Positions 38,401 through 48,266 of a DNA stretch of 64,000 nt are shown here, in pieces. This DNA comes from Desulfobacterales bacterium (GTDB taxonomy: Bacteria > Desulfobacterota > Desulfobacteria > Desulfobacterales > UBA5616): positions 1 to 64,000 of the forward strand of contig JAWODC010000057.1 in assembly GCA_046483495.1 (NCBI GenBank). The letters run 5' to 3'. The position numbers were made by a program, and so were the translations under genes. Within the stretch, counting starts at the first letter, position 1; every line of letters starts with the position of its first letter. The notes under the pieces are model-generated. The model did not search any database. It had not been told where the DNA came from and was given only the letters and a program-made list of their open reading frames with translations.

Positions 38401-39495
38401 TTTGGCCTGGATATCCCGGCAGAGGCTTGGACAGAGCAACCCCTGCCCGACTACCTGAAAATGCGTATAGCCATTACCGGGAAAAAAGGACAGGAAATCA
38501 GAAGCGGGCGTGATCCATCCGTCCTCATCCGCAGGGATTCGGACAGTCCGGCAGACAATCGTCTTATTCCGATCAAGAGACAATGGGAGCGCCGGGGCAT
38601 TGTTGCATGGGATTTTGAGGATCTCCCCGAATCGCTGCAACATGAGGATAAAGACGGTACTCGGTGGGTTCTGTATCCCGGCCTTCAGGCGACCGGCCGG
38701 AAATCCAAAACAGGCGCTCGCATGGTCGATCTGCACCTCTTCCTGGATCGTCATGAGGCTGAAGCATCACATAAAGCCGGGGTAGGGGCACTCTATCGAA
38801 ACCATTTTTCGAACGATCTGAAATTTCTAAAAAAAAACCTGATACTGCCCGATGCGGCAAAACCCACTCTAAAACTGTTCGGCGGAAAAAAAGCAGTGGA
38901 AGAACACATTTATGAACACGTGGTCAAGCAACTCTTTTTTAAAAACATTCGGACCCAAACGGCGTTTGTGGCCCATGCCGGAGCTGTAGGCCCGGTTCTT
39001 ATCGAGACGGGACGAAATGTTTTGGAATACGCCATTCCTGTAATGACCGGCTTTTATGAAACGAAGAGCCGGCTCCACCGTTTAAAGGCGGAAAACCGCT
39101 TCACCCCTGTACTGTATGACTTCATCTGTGAACTTGACATGCAGGTGGACCGTCTTGTTCCTGAAAACTTCATGCGCCTTTATTCATCAGAGCGCTTGAG
39201 CGACATCAGGCGGTATTTACAGGCCGTGGTCATACGGGCCGGCAGAGCCCTGGTCAGCCCTGAAAAAGACAGGGCAAAAGCACATGAAATAAAGGTATTC
39301 ACCGACAGACTGGAGCGGTTTCTGGGGTCTTTAACTCCCCGAACGTCACCGGAAAAGAAAAACGCCATCGAATCCTTCTTTTGGCTGATCGAGGAATACA
39401 AGGTATCCGTTTTCGCCCAGGAACTAAAGACACCGGTAAAAGTGTCCTCAAAAAAACTTGCCGAACTGGCCGGCTCCATCGAGCGGATGGCATAA
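35482..39495 (+). CDS. hrpA: ATP-dependent RNA helicase HrpA
   Basis: GETGSGKTTQ, DEAHERS, SAT, QRKGRCGR and C-terminal EEYKVSVFAQEL. Start uncertain. Confidence 0.93.
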   Translation: MTKIQQTHAEPAKAMRLQYIRSLLPEAMPLDRMRIEKQLSRLYKRFKDKKQEEFVLKKLAALEKQLEISKAVKKRRKSSRPFTRYPSGLPILSKKNDIVEAIKRHPVLIVSGETGSGKTTQIPKFCLDAGRGVDGKIGCTQPRRIAAVTVANRIAEELGDVGSDAVGYKIRFTDNVKKNAYIKIMTDGILLAETQKDPCLCEYDTLIVDEAHERSLNIDFVLGILKKLLKQRDDLKLIITSATIDTEKFSKAFDDALIIEVSGRTFPVDVRYMEADDEDDADASYVDKAVSAVDHLMKTRTRGDILVFMPTEQDILETRDLIEGRSYTHVTVMPLFARLAGKNQTKVFARTRERKIIVATNIAETSITIPGIRYVIDTGLARIPRYSPRTRTTSLQVSQVSKSSADQRKGRCGRVENGICIRLYSEKNYESRPLYTPPEILRANLAEVILRMMSLKIGEVAAFPFIDPPAQKSITDGFDLLMELGAIQPLSPGKKSKHFRITPKGRLMARVPVDPRISCMLIEAGRQDCLKGILIIAAALSAVDPRERPVEKAQAADEKHGAFKDPSSDFLTLVNIWNRYQDLKKSAVSNNRLRLFCKEHFLSYRKMREWEDIHQQIVDLLEEAGPTGLHQARKARTDGKKGFDPTYTAIHKSILSGFLSNIAVRKENNLYKAAKDREIMIFPGSTLFGKAAPWVVAGEIVKTSRVYARTVAAIDEKWLEEIGKSQCTYTWHNPRWDRRRGEVTATEQVSLFGLVIVPGRTVSYGRINPKEASAVFIQRALVEGDVDEPFAFLEHNETLVENVKNVENKLRKRDILIGEQEFVLFYQRRLGECRDIRTLKHIIRQKGDEFLKLNQEDLFLYTPENDDLALYPDRVKLGKTDFACEYRFDPGEPEDGLTIKVPLALAPHIPQTDLEWLVPGFYKEKITALLRGLPKAYRKKLVPVADTVDVIVSEMPKNRTSLLTALGNFIHERFGLDIPAEAWTEQPLPDYLKMRIAITGKKGQEIRSGRDPSVLIRRDSDSPADNRLIPIKRQWERRGIVAWDFEDLPESLQHEDKDGTRWVLYPGLQATGRKSKTGARMVDLHLFLDRHEAEASHKAGVGALYRNHFSNDLKFLKKNLILPDAAKPTLKLFGGKKAVEEHIYEHVVKQLFFKNIRTQTAFVAHAGAVGPVLIETGRNVLEYAIPVMTGFYETKSRLHRLKAENRFTPVLYDFICELDMQVDRLVPENFMRLYSSERLSDIRRYLQAVVIRAGRALVSPEKDRAKAHEIKVFTDRLERFLGSLTPRTSPEKKNAIESFFWLIEEYKVSVFAQELKTPVKVSSKKLAELAGSIERMA

Positions 39496-39648
39496 CCGCC
39501 CGCCCGGGAAGCGGGAGTATGCTAAAGGCGAAAAACAACCTGCTTTAAGTAAATTGACTTTGTTTCGGAATTGTCTTAGTATTTTTAACATAAATATCGG
39601 TTATTGGAATTTCACCTGCATGATTCGATTCTTTTGGAGCGCATTTTC

Positions 39649-40785
39649 ATGGCAAAAGATTACTATTCAACCTTAGGGGTATCAAAAAACGCATCAAAAG
39701 ATGACATAAAAAAAGCGTACCGTAAGCTTGCCCGGAAATGGCATCCGGACATTAACCCCGGCAATAAAGAAGCCGAGCAAAAGTTCAAGGAAATTTCAGA
39801 AGCTTACGATATTATTGGAGATGAAAAAAAACGAAAGCTGTATGATGAATTCGGTGAGGAAGGGCTTCGCGCCGGATTCGACGCCGAAAAAGCCCGCCAA
39901 TATCAGCAGTATCAATCCTCCGATCGCTTTTCGGGATGGCAAAGTACCGGACAAGATTTTGGTCGATATGAGCGCTACGAAGATATTTTCGGAGATCTTT
40001 TCGGCTTCGGCGGCGGCAGAACCGGATTCAGGACCACGCGTTCCGCAAAAGGACGGGATCTCGAATATGAACTGACCATTGACATGATGGCGGCGTTGAA
40101 AGGTTCCGAAACCGAAATATCCATGCAAAAGCAAAAAGAATGCCCCGTCTGCGGGGGAACCGGTATGAACCCGGCACAGGGAGCGGCCACCTGCCCCACG
40201 TGTGGTGGAACGGGTCAGGTAAAGATGGCTGAAGGCCCCATGGATTTCACCCGCACCTGCCCCAACTGCAACGGCACCGGCCGGATTGGAACACCCTGCG
40301 GCCAATGCCGGGGATCGGGAGCGGTGATCGGGACTGAAAGAATAAAAGTGAACATTCCAAAGGGGGTTAAGGACGGCTCCAGGATTCGGGTGGCCGGAAA
40401 AGGGGAACCCGGGCAAAACGGCGGAAAGCCCGGTGATCTTTTTCTGGTGATTCGGGTCAGGCCTCATCCGCTCATCAAGCGTGAAGGGGACAACCTCTAC
40501 ATGGATGTTCCGGTTACCGTTTATGAAGCCATGGCCGGCGGGAAAATAACCGTCCCCACCATCGACGGGCCGGTAAGCGTGAAAATTCCACCACAAAGCC
40601 AAAGCGGTCAGCAGCTGAAATTGAAGGGAAAAGGCGCACCCGACCTCAAGACCAAGAAAAAGGGGGACCTATACCTGAAGCTGAATGTAAAAGTTCCAAA
40701 GACACGGGATGAGGAAATCCTTTCCGCTGCAAAAAGGCTCGATAGTACGTATGAAGAAAATATCAGGGGAGGTATGCGTCTGTAA
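39649..40785 (+). CDS. dnaJ: DnaJ family chaperone with zinc-finger domain
   Basis: J-domain HPD and four CxxCxGxG repeats. Probably a secondary paralog, since no dnaK is adjacent. Confidence 0.88.
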   Translation: MAKDYYSTLGVSKNASKDDIKKAYRKLARKWHPDINPGNKEAEQKFKEISEAYDIIGDEKKRKLYDEFGEEGLRAGFDAEKARQYQQYQSSDRFSGWQSTGQDFGRYERYEDIFGDLFGFGGGRTGFRTTRSAKGRDLEYELTIDMMAALKGSETEISMQKQKECPVCGGTGMNPAQGAATCPTCGGTGQVKMAEGPMDFTRTCPNCNGTGRIGTPCGQCRGSGAVIGTERIKVNIPKGVKDGSRIRVAGKGEPGQNGGKPGDLFLVIRVRPHPLIKREGDNLYMDVPVTVYEAMAGGKITVPTIDGPVSVKIPPQSQSGQQLKLKGKGAPDLKTKKKGDLYLKLNVKVPKTRDEEILSAAKRLDSTYEENIRGGMRL

Positions 40786-40813
40786 GCGAAAAACCCGGTC
40801 AAAACCAACGGGT

Positions 40814-41137
40814 TTATCTGCTGTGGTCGGTCTGAATGTCTTTTTCAAATTGCCGCCGCACTTCATCAAGTATATCATCGAACTGTTTTCGCATGGCAAT
40901 GATGTTCTGCCGCATGCGAAGAATAATTTCCACGCCCGGCATATTCACTTCCATTTCTTCGATCAACAGTTTGGCAATTCGAAATTTTTCCATTTCTTGC
41001 ATGGAAAAAACCCGGGATTTTGCATTCCCGGCTCGGGTTGGGCATACGATTTCATATTCCTCCAGTTCGGCGATAAATTTCTCCTCGACCTGGAAAATGT
41101 TCATGATTTCATGTACTGTCCAACAATCCTTGTCCAT
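40814..41137 (-). CDS. CbpM/MerR-like chaperone modulator
   Basis: RIAKLLIEEMEVNMPGVEIILRMR resembles the CbpM/HspR C-terminal signature; adjacent to dnaJ. Confidence 0.7.
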   Translation of the reverse strand: MDKDCWTVHEIMNIFQVEEKFIAELEEYEIVCPTRAGNAKSRVFSMQEMEKFRIAKLLIEEMEVNMPGVEIILRMRQNIIAMRKQFDDILDEVRRQFEKDIQTDHSR

Positions 41138-41247
41138 GTGTAAACCCCCGGCAGGCGATGTTCATCCTGTCTCTTCTTCAATCGACAAATTATCACAATC
41201 TCTGCTCGATTTCAAGTCGATAAGGGCTTACGACATATGGAACCCTA

Positions 41248-42678
41248 TCAATTATCCCGTTCTTGAACACGATATTCAACCGTCACCCGGTTTTCTCCCG
41301 AAGCCACGGATAAAGCCGGGCTATCCAGTATGACCCGCGCTGATATCCTGCCGCTTCTTCGGATATTATCCAGCGGTATTTTTTCTGTATATACGGTGTC
41401 GAGATCTTTCAGCAAATGGCTTTTTCCCGCAACTTTAATCGCCTGGGGCGTGACAGCGGATTCCGTCATGATCAGGTGATCCGGCAGTTTACCTATCCAA
41501 TGCGCCTGGACCGGAATTTTTTTCACAGTCGACTTTGTCAGAAAAACGGTGACTTCGGACGGTTCGACTTTTTTAAGCAAAACCCCCGGTGGCAGTGATA
41601 CTGCATCCAGCGGTATGTCGACCTGCTTTCTGCCCGTCGTTTCGGAAATATTCACCCTTACCCGTACCTGGCCGGGTCGAATCGATTTGATCAAAAAGCT
41701 CGAACCGCTCACATGCAGACGAACGGTGTTGGTGGAAGACTCGACGATCTCCACCTCGGGGTCGCTTTTTATATATTCGATCGGAACCTCGAGGGCTACC
41801 AGCGTGTCCGATCCGCGGGTGATGCTGTACCAGGTTATGAAAACGAATGAAAACGATAAAACTCCCGCCGTTATCAGATCACGCCGCTGCTTCAACAGCT
41901 CCTGTTCTTCTTTGGTCGACAAGCCCAAGTGGATGTTCAATGTTTCTTCAAGGCCCCTGGGATGATAGAAAACTTCCAGCCCCCTGTCCTTCGCCGCCAC
42001 GACTTCTCCTCTTTCTTCCGAGGCAAGCAGCACCAGGGCGTCCGTTCTTTCGGACAGTCCGAGCGCAGCCCGATGGCGGGTCCCCAGATATGAAGGAAGG
42101 TCGGTCCTTTCGGAGAGCGGGAGAATGACCCCGACTTTTTCGACACGTCCGCCCTTGATAACGGTAGCGCCATCATGCACCGGATTATCCGGGAAAAATA
42201 TGGAAAGCAACATTTCCTTGGAAACGACGCCCTGCCAATCGATGCCGTTGTTTAAATATTCATCGAGGTCGTCATTTCCCGGAATGACCAACAGGGCGCC
42301 GATTCGTTTTCGCGCGAGCTCGAACATGGACTCCACGATAATTTCTACCGGGGTTCCGTATACCTTTCCCGGTATTCCCCAGAAAATAGACTTGAGATCG
42401 GTTGCCTGGAAAACGGACCTGATCTCGTTTCTGAAAACGATGATGACAATTAGGGCGCCGGCTGCCGTGATGCCTTGTATGGCCCAACTGAACAGCACAA
42501 GTCCGAGAGCAAAGGCGGCACGCTGCAAAAACCACAAAAAAGCGATGCCCACGAGAACCCGAAAGGTCTTGGTCCCCCTGAAAAGCACGTATAAGCGGAA
42601 TAGAATATAGCTGTTCAAAAGGATGTCCACGATATCCAACCATCCTATTCCAGAAAAAAATGATACGAATCCGCCCAT
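41248..42678 (-). CDS. cdaA: Diadenylate cyclase CdaA fused to YbbR (CdaR) domains
   Basis: N-terminal TM helices, HDGA and GTRHRAALG DAC motifs, then a TM helix and YbbR-like repeats. Confidence 0.85.
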   Translation of the reverse strand: MGGFVSFFSGIGWLDIVDILLNSYILFRLYVLFRGTKTFRVLVGIAFLWFLQRAAFALGLVLFSWAIQGITAAGALIVIIVFRNEIRSVFQATDLKSIFWGIPGKVYGTPVEIIVESMFELARKRIGALLVIPGNDDLDEYLNNGIDWQGVVSKEMLLSIFFPDNPVHDGATVIKGGRVEKVGVILPLSERTDLPSYLGTRHRAALGLSERTDALVLLASEERGEVVAAKDRGLEVFYHPRGLEETLNIHLGLSTKEEQELLKQRRDLITAGVLSFSFVFITWYSITRGSDTLVALEVPIEYIKSDPEVEIVESSTNTVRLHVSGSSFLIKSIRPGQVRVRVNISETTGRKQVDIPLDAVSLPPGVLLKKVEPSEVTVFLTKSTVKKIPVQAHWIGKLPDHLIMTESAVTPQAIKVAGKSHLLKDLDTVYTEKIPLDNIRRSGRISARVILDSPALSVASGENRVTVEYRVQERDN

Positions 42679-42681
42679 GTT

Positions 42682-43116
42682 TTAATCCACGATACTGAAC
42701 CGAATGGTCTTGAGAATTTGTCCTGATTTATCAACGATTTCCACCCGCCAGGGACCCTTGTCCGCTTCTCTGAACTGAAGCTTTGAAACGGTAGACCAAC
42801 GCGGCGGTTTAAGGGTCAATCGGCGGGATGTGCTCAGCTGATCGCATCGATACCATTTGTGATAGACCACCGTTTCTCTGTGAATATCGGTGAAGGAGGT
42901 GAAGCAATACACCTCACCGATATCGAGCGAAAAAACGACCGCCCTGTTTACCGGAGCAATCCCCTCCACCGTCTCACACATAACGGCGGTGTCGAGCACC
43001 AGGCCGGATGCTGATTTCTTTTCAACGGGCCATGCAGGTCCAAGCAGCATCAGCAGGCAAAAACATACGACCGCCGGCACATAACATTTCCACAAGTTCA
43101 TACGAAAAAATTTCAT
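42682..43116 (-). CDS. DUF2914-like exported protein
   Basis: Signal-like N-terminus; VYCFT..VYHKWY..RWST.S.L..GPWRVEI. Confidence 0.7.
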   Translation of the reverse strand: MKFFRMNLWKCYVPAVVCFCLLMLLGPAWPVEKKSASGLVLDTAVMCETVEGIAPVNRAVVFSLDIGEVYCFTSFTDIHRETVVYHKWYRCDQLSTSRRLTLKPPRWSTVSKLQFREADKGPWRVEIVDKSGQILKTIRFSIVD

Positions 43117-43228
43117 CTTGCCTTCACACGATTCTCGAGCCCGTCCAACACATCCGCTTCCGTGATCAACCGGTAATTCAAAGTGGTTGACCGGATCTAC
43201 ACCGAAATATTCAGGATTCGAGAAACGT

Positions 43229-43657
43229 TTATCCAAATTCAGGTTCGAGTGAATTACCGGCGCCTTCATCGTCCGAATACCATCGACTTCGTTCGACAGC
43301 CGTTTTAAAGGATTTCGCCAGGAATTTTTTAGGAAAACTGTCGAGGGACAAATAAGAGGACGCTCCCAAAACCAAGGATCGGGCCATATTCGCTACCATT
43401 TGAGATTTTTCATGTTTATCGATAAAATGACGTTCCATTTTGGTTTCATACAGCAGCGATTCTCCGATCAGCCGTTTGACCCGGCCAAACGACGCATTCA
43501 TCAACGCCTCGTCGACCGTCTTCTCAGTAACCGGAACAGCGATTCTGAGGATGACCAAGACATACCATCTATCCCCCGCGATCTTCCTGGAACCGTCATA
43601 TAGATTCACAGTCAGCCCGTTTTTCAATTCGATTGAATCGATAAGTCGTTCCGTCAT
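43229..43657 (-). CDS. Hypothetical protein
   Basis: Co-oriented ORF filling the operon gap with plausible composition (LYDGSRKIAGDRW). Confidence 0.65.
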   Translation of the reverse strand: MTERLIDSIELKNGLTVNLYDGSRKIAGDRWYVLVILRIAVPVTEKTVDEALMNASFGRVKRLIGESLLYETKMERHFIDKHEKSQMVANMARSLVLGASSYLSLDSFPKKFLAKSFKTAVERSRWYSDDEGAGNSLEPEFG

Positions 43658-43703
43658 TTCAAAGACTTTAGCGCTGACAACCCCTTCCCCGCACAAAAAG
43701 GGT

Positions 43704-44576
43704 TCAACCGTTGCTTCGGCCGAATTCATATTGCATCGGCAAATGATCGAACGCATCCGCCTCCTCCATACGGCCCCGTTTTCTGCAGCCCTGAGCGTAA
43801 ATGCTGCATTTTTTTTTCAGCATGTGCAAGGCGGCCTTTTTTTGATGCGCCGAGAGCAGGCCGCTTGCCATTAACTTGCAAATGGCCCCTATCCTGAACC
43901 GGTCCAGTCCGGGAGCCCTGGAAAGCTGATCCTCATGACCCCCGCGCTTCACGATCAACGGCGCGTCGATCAGGTGAACCGGAAAACGGCAGCTGATTCT
44001 CAGCCAGAGCTCATAATCCTCGCAGGCGGGGAGATCTTCATCAAAGGCTCCTACGATGTCAAGCAGTTTCTTTCGCATCATCACCGCCGAAGGGCTTACA
44101 AGGCATAATGCCAGGGATCGCTCAAATATAAGGCCTGATGGTTTTTTGTGCCTCTTTTTCGGGTTCACCCGAATGCCGTTTCTTATCCAAGTTTCTTCAG
44201 TCTGACAGATATAGGCCTCCGGATTGCCATCGAAGAACGCAACCTGGCTGGTCAACTTACGGGGAAGCCATATATCATCGGAGTCCAAAAAGGCGACGAG
44301 ATCGCCGGAGGCCGTGCGGATGCCCCTGTTTCTGGCGGCGCTGACCCCTCTGTTTTCCTGGTAAATATACGTGATCTTGTTTTTAAAAGGAGCCAGCCGG
44401 TCTCGTGTGTCATCCGATGATCCATCATCGATAACGATTAATTCAAAATCCTGGAAATCCTGGTCCAGCACGGATGTTACCGCCTCAGCCACCATGCTCG
44501 ACCGGTTATACGTGGGAATTACGACACTGACAACCGGGAATTTTTTATGCACAAAAGGGTGTACGTTCACGGTCAC
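43704..44576 (-). CDS. Glycosyltransferase family 2
   Basis: VSVVIPTYNR, DDGSSD, FLDSDD and EDYELWLR. Confidence 0.92.
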   Translation of the reverse strand: MTVNVHPFVHKKFPVVSVVIPTYNRSSMVAEAVTSVLDQDFQDFELIVIDDGSSDDTRDRLAPFKNKITYIYQENRGVSAARNRGIRTASGDLVAFLDSDDIWLPRKLTSQVAFFDGNPEAYICQTEETWIRNGIRVNPKKRHKKPSGLIFERSLALCLVSPSAVMMRKKLLDIVGAFDEDLPACEDYELWLRISCRFPVHLIDAPLIVKRGGHEDQLSRAPGLDRFRIGAICKLMASGLLSAHQKKAALHMLKKKCSIYAQGCRKRGRMEEADAFDHLPMQYEFGRSNG

Positions 44577-44639
44577 GTCACTCGAAAAGCCGGTTTTATC
44601 ATCTTTAATACCCAGGTGGATATAGAGGTTGTGAGATCT

Positions 44640-45410
44640 TTAGGGTGGACCGTTTAACTTCAGCGGCTGAATGCCGGGTGCGGCTGAATGTTTGCTGTCG
44701 TACTTCAATGCCAGGGGTGTGGTCCGTAACCGCGGCACCGGACTGACGACGATCCCTGCAAATGACCCAACCGGAATCTTTCGGATAATGACCGCATCCT
44801 TCACCTGGAAGGGGGTTTTTTTAAAGTATTCGGGAACCCGGCATACGGTTTTCCAGGCAACGGGCACATTGCCGACTGAATTGCGGACGAGCTGCTTGAT
44901 GTCCCACACGCTGTAGAAGCAGGCATGCCGATAAATGGAATCGGAAAACACTGCTTTGATCCGCCGCCGAACCCATGTAACGGAATATCGGTTGTAAATG
45001 CCGATAAAAATTCTGTCCTTGGTTACACGGCAGGCTTCTTGAATGACTTTGGAGGCATCATCCACATATTCCAGTGTCGTTATCAAGGTGGAATAATGAA
45101 AGGCATTATCCTCAAAGGGGAGGTCTTCACCGTAATTACGAAAATATTCGACACGGTTTTGAAATTTCTCGCGACAGATATCCAACATGAAGGGGGATGG
45201 GTCCACCCCGCTGACGTTCAGCCCTTTTTCGACAAAGTCCGCCAGCCGGGCACCGGTCCCGCATCCGATATCCAGCAATTCCCGGCCTCGTCCCGGCTTG
45301 AGCATATCGAATACTAAACGGGCCTCCTGCTCAGCCGCATTCCGGTTCTTTGGGCTGTAGAACCACCGTTCATATGTCAAGGCATCTTTGTAGTCAAAAA
45401 CGTATCCCAT
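44640..45410 (-). CDS. Class I SAM-dependent methyltransferase
   Basis: LLDIGCGTG, GVDPS and EDLPFEDN. Confidence 0.88.
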   Translation of the reverse strand: MGYVFDYKDALTYERWFYSPKNRNAAEQEARLVFDMLKPGRGRELLDIGCGTGARLADFVEKGLNVSGVDPSPFMLDICREKFQNRVEYFRNYGEDLPFEDNAFHYSTLITTLEYVDDASKVIQEACRVTKDRIFIGIYNRYSVTWVRRRIKAVFSDSIYRHACFYSVWDIKQLVRNSVGNVPVAWKTVCRVPEYFKKTPFQVKDAVIIRKIPVGSFAGIVVSPVPRLRTTPLALKYDSKHSAAPGIQPLKLNGPP

Positions 45411-45456
45411 AAGGAGGACTTTTAAGGAAAAAATTGGAATTTTTCAAGGACAAAGC

Positions 45457-46932
45457 TCAGACCCCCCGGTTCCCCCCGGAATTTCCTTTGGTTTTGTTTT
45501 CAGATGACGATTCCGATGCCTCTTTTTTCTTTTTGCGTCTGGGTTTCCGTTTTCCTCCGGAATGCGCTTTTTTCGAATTGCTTGCTTCTGCAGCCGATTC
45601 CGTTTCCGGCGGCGGACCAAATCCAAAAAAGCTCCCGGGAAAAGATTTCCGGGATTTTCGTACCGGCGCCTTCTTGGACGGCCGGTGGTCGACGCGGCGG
45701 CCCAAGCGCCGTCGCACCTCTTTTTTTCTCCTTTTTGGGACGGACGGTTCTGCTGCGGATTTGTCCTCGAGATACCAGTCAACCTCGGGCCAGACAACCG
45801 GAATTTTATACCCCAACATATTCTCCAGTGCTTCAAGGTGAAACACATATTCCTCACATGCCAGGGATATCGCCGTTCCCTGATGGCCGGCCCGTGCCGT
45901 CCTGCCGATGCGGTGGATATAATTTTCTGCGTCCTGCGGGATGTCGTAATTGATTACATGGCTGATGTTTTCGACGTGAATTCCACGGGATGCGACATCC
46001 GTTGCGACCAGTATCTTTAAAGTTCCATCCTTGAATCGCTCCATCAAATTGAACCGGTTTTTCTGCGGCAAATCACCGGTGATGCCTTCGGCAGGCCGGT
46101 CGTTTTGCTTGAGCCTCCGCGCGATCTGCTCGACCCCTGCTTTTGTATTCACAAATATAAGAACCCGTTCCCAATCTTCTTTTTCCAGAATTCCGAGCAG
46201 CAGAGAAAATTTTTTTTCATTTCCAACATGCATCAGTGACTGCTTAACACCCTTAACGGTTTTTTCATCCGCCGTTACGGAAATAAACTCGGGAAGGTTC
46301 ATGTACTCGTAAGTCAATTCCATAACCCGATAGGAAAGTGTGGCGGAAAACAGCATGGACTGGCGTTTTTCAAAATGGGGAAGCTTCCTTAAAATATAGC
46401 GCATGTCCTTGGCGAATCCCAAATCCAAGAGCCGATCAGCCTCATCAATGACCACGATTTGAATGTCCGAGGTGATGAAAACACCCTTTTTATAATAGTC
46501 AATGATCCGGCCCGGCGTGCCGATGACGATGTCGACCCCGCTTTTCAGCTTGTCGGCCTGTTTTACATAATCAACACCACCAAAGACATTGACGAGTCGA
46601 AAATGTAAATAGCGGCCGATTTTTTCCGCCTCATCGAATATCTGGGAGGCCAACTCGCGCGTGGGCGCCACGATAAGGGCACGGGGATTTTTTTCTCCAC
46701 CCGCTGGAAGCAACGGCAATCGTGTAAAAATGGTGATTAAAAATGCGGCCGTTTTCCCGGTGCCGGTCTGTGCCTGCCCGGCGATATCCCGACCGGTGAG
46801 AGCGACCGGCAACGTTCGCGCCTGTATAGGCGTACAATACGTCAGGCCGATATCGTTGAGTCCGTTTAGAACGTTATCCGGCAGATTCAGGGATTCAAAC
46901 GTTGTCGAGGTTAGGAACTGAGGTTTTTCCAT
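45457..46932 (-). CDS. DEAD-box RNA helicase (RhlB-like)
   Basis: AQTGTGKT, PTRELA, DEAD, SAT and HRIGRTARAG, with a basic C-terminal tail. Confidence 0.93.
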   Translation of the reverse strand: MEKPQFLTSTTFESLNLPDNVLNGLNDIGLTYCTPIQARTLPVALTGRDIAGQAQTGTGKTAAFLITIFTRLPLLPAGGEKNPRALIVAPTRELASQIFDEAEKIGRYLHFRLVNVFGGVDYVKQADKLKSGVDIVIGTPGRIIDYYKKGVFITSDIQIVVIDEADRLLDLGFAKDMRYILRKLPHFEKRQSMLFSATLSYRVMELTYEYMNLPEFISVTADEKTVKGVKQSLMHVGNEKKFSLLLGILEKEDWERVLIFVNTKAGVEQIARRLKQNDRPAEGITGDLPQKNRFNLMERFKDGTLKILVATDVASRGIHVENISHVINYDIPQDAENYIHRIGRTARAGHQGTAISLACEEYVFHLEALENMLGYKIPVVWPEVDWYLEDKSAAEPSVPKRRKKEVRRRLGRRVDHRPSKKAPVRKSRKSFPGSFFGFGPPPETESAAEASNSKKAHSGGKRKPRRKKKKEASESSSENKTKGNSGGNRGV

Positions 46933-47042
46933 TAAAAATATTGCAATACATGAAATTGCATATCCGTCAAGTATAATTTTAAAAATACTGCAATTCTTAT
47001 TCGATTTGAACTGGTATAGGGTTTGTGATAACGTATTTTTTT

Positions 47043-48266
47043 ATGAAAGAATTTTTCAAGGTCATGCATTTGCGGGAGGTTTTGGCGCTTACAGCGGCAT
47101 ATTCACCTGTAGGCACGGAAGAGGTTCGTCTCAGCGATTCCTTCGACCGCATTCTCGGGTCGGAAATTATTTCCGATATCGATATACCGAATTTTTCCAG
47201 AAGCACCGTGGACGGGTATTCGGTTCTCGCCTCATCCACGTTCGGCGCGTCCGAGTCCAATCCGGCTTATCTAAACATCGTGGGATCGGTTGGAATGGGA
47301 GAAATGCCGTCTTTTTCGATCCGTTCTCAAGAAGCCGCCGGCATCCCGACAGGCGGCATGATGCCCGACGGCAGTGACGCCGTGATCATGGTGGAGCATA
47401 CCGACCGGCTCGACGATACGGCACTGGAGGTCTATAAAAGCGTGGCCCCGGGGCAGCATATGATCGGGATCGGCGAAGATATCCAAAATGGGAGCATCGT
47501 TTTGGAAAAGGGCCGCCGCATCAGGGCACAAGAATCGGGTTTTCTGGCCGCTCTCGGCAAAAACACCGTTACCGTCTTTCGAAAACCGGTGGTGGGTATC
47601 CTTTCCACCGGGGATGAAATTGTTTCCATCGAGGATACTCCCGGCCCCGGCCGAATCCGGGACATCAATTCGTTCACCCTATCCGCCCTGGTTCATAAAG
47701 CGGGAGGAATCGCCAAACCATACGGTATCGTACGCGACAATTACGATGCCCTCTTTGAAAAAAGCAGCCTGGCGTTATCCCAGTGCGATATGGTACTGAT
47801 TTCGGGGGGCAGTTCCGTAGGCACCCGTGATTTTACCACATCTGTTTTATCGGCCCTGCCGGATTCCCGTATCCTCGTCCACGGCATTTCGATCAGCCCC
47901 GGAAAACCGACGATCCTTGCTGAAACCGGAAAAAAACCGGTTTGGGGACTACCCGGGCATGTGACGTCTGCAATGGTGGTGTTTCAGGTCGTGGTAAAGC
48001 CCTTTATCGAACGGATCTCCGGATCAGCTCCTCAGCCGGTTTGGAAAATCCCGGCCATCCTCGATCGCAATATATCGTCCGCCCAGGGCAGGACCGATTT
48101 CATTCGGGTAAGACTGGTATCCGGAAATGGCGTACTTGCAGCAGATCCCATCCTTGGAAAATCCGGCTTGATCAACACCATGTTGAGAGCCGACGGATTA
48201 ATCGAGATCGGAGTCAACACGGAAGGGCTGGAAAAGGACACCCCGGTAGAGGTGATGCTGATATGA
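47043..48266 (+). CDS. moeA: Molybdopterin molybdotransferase MoeA
   Basis: SRSTVDGY, TGG..P.G.DAVIMVE, STGDE, SGGSSVG and PGKPT. Confidence 0.92.
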   Translation: MKEFFKVMHLREVLALTAAYSPVGTEEVRLSDSFDRILGSEIISDIDIPNFSRSTVDGYSVLASSTFGASESNPAYLNIVGSVGMGEMPSFSIRSQEAAGIPTGGMMPDGSDAVIMVEHTDRLDDTALEVYKSVAPGQHMIGIGEDIQNGSIVLEKGRRIRAQESGFLAALGKNTVTVFRKPVVGILSTGDEIVSIEDTPGPGRIRDINSFTLSALVHKAGGIAKPYGIVRDNYDALFEKSSLALSQCDMVLISGGSSVGTRDFTTSVLSALPDSRILVHGISISPGKPTILAETGKKPVWGLPGHVTSAMVVFQVVVKPFIERISGSAPQPVWKIPAILDRNISSAQGRTDFIRVRLVSGNGVLAADPILGKSGLINTMLRADGLIEIGVNTEGLEKDTPVEVMLI

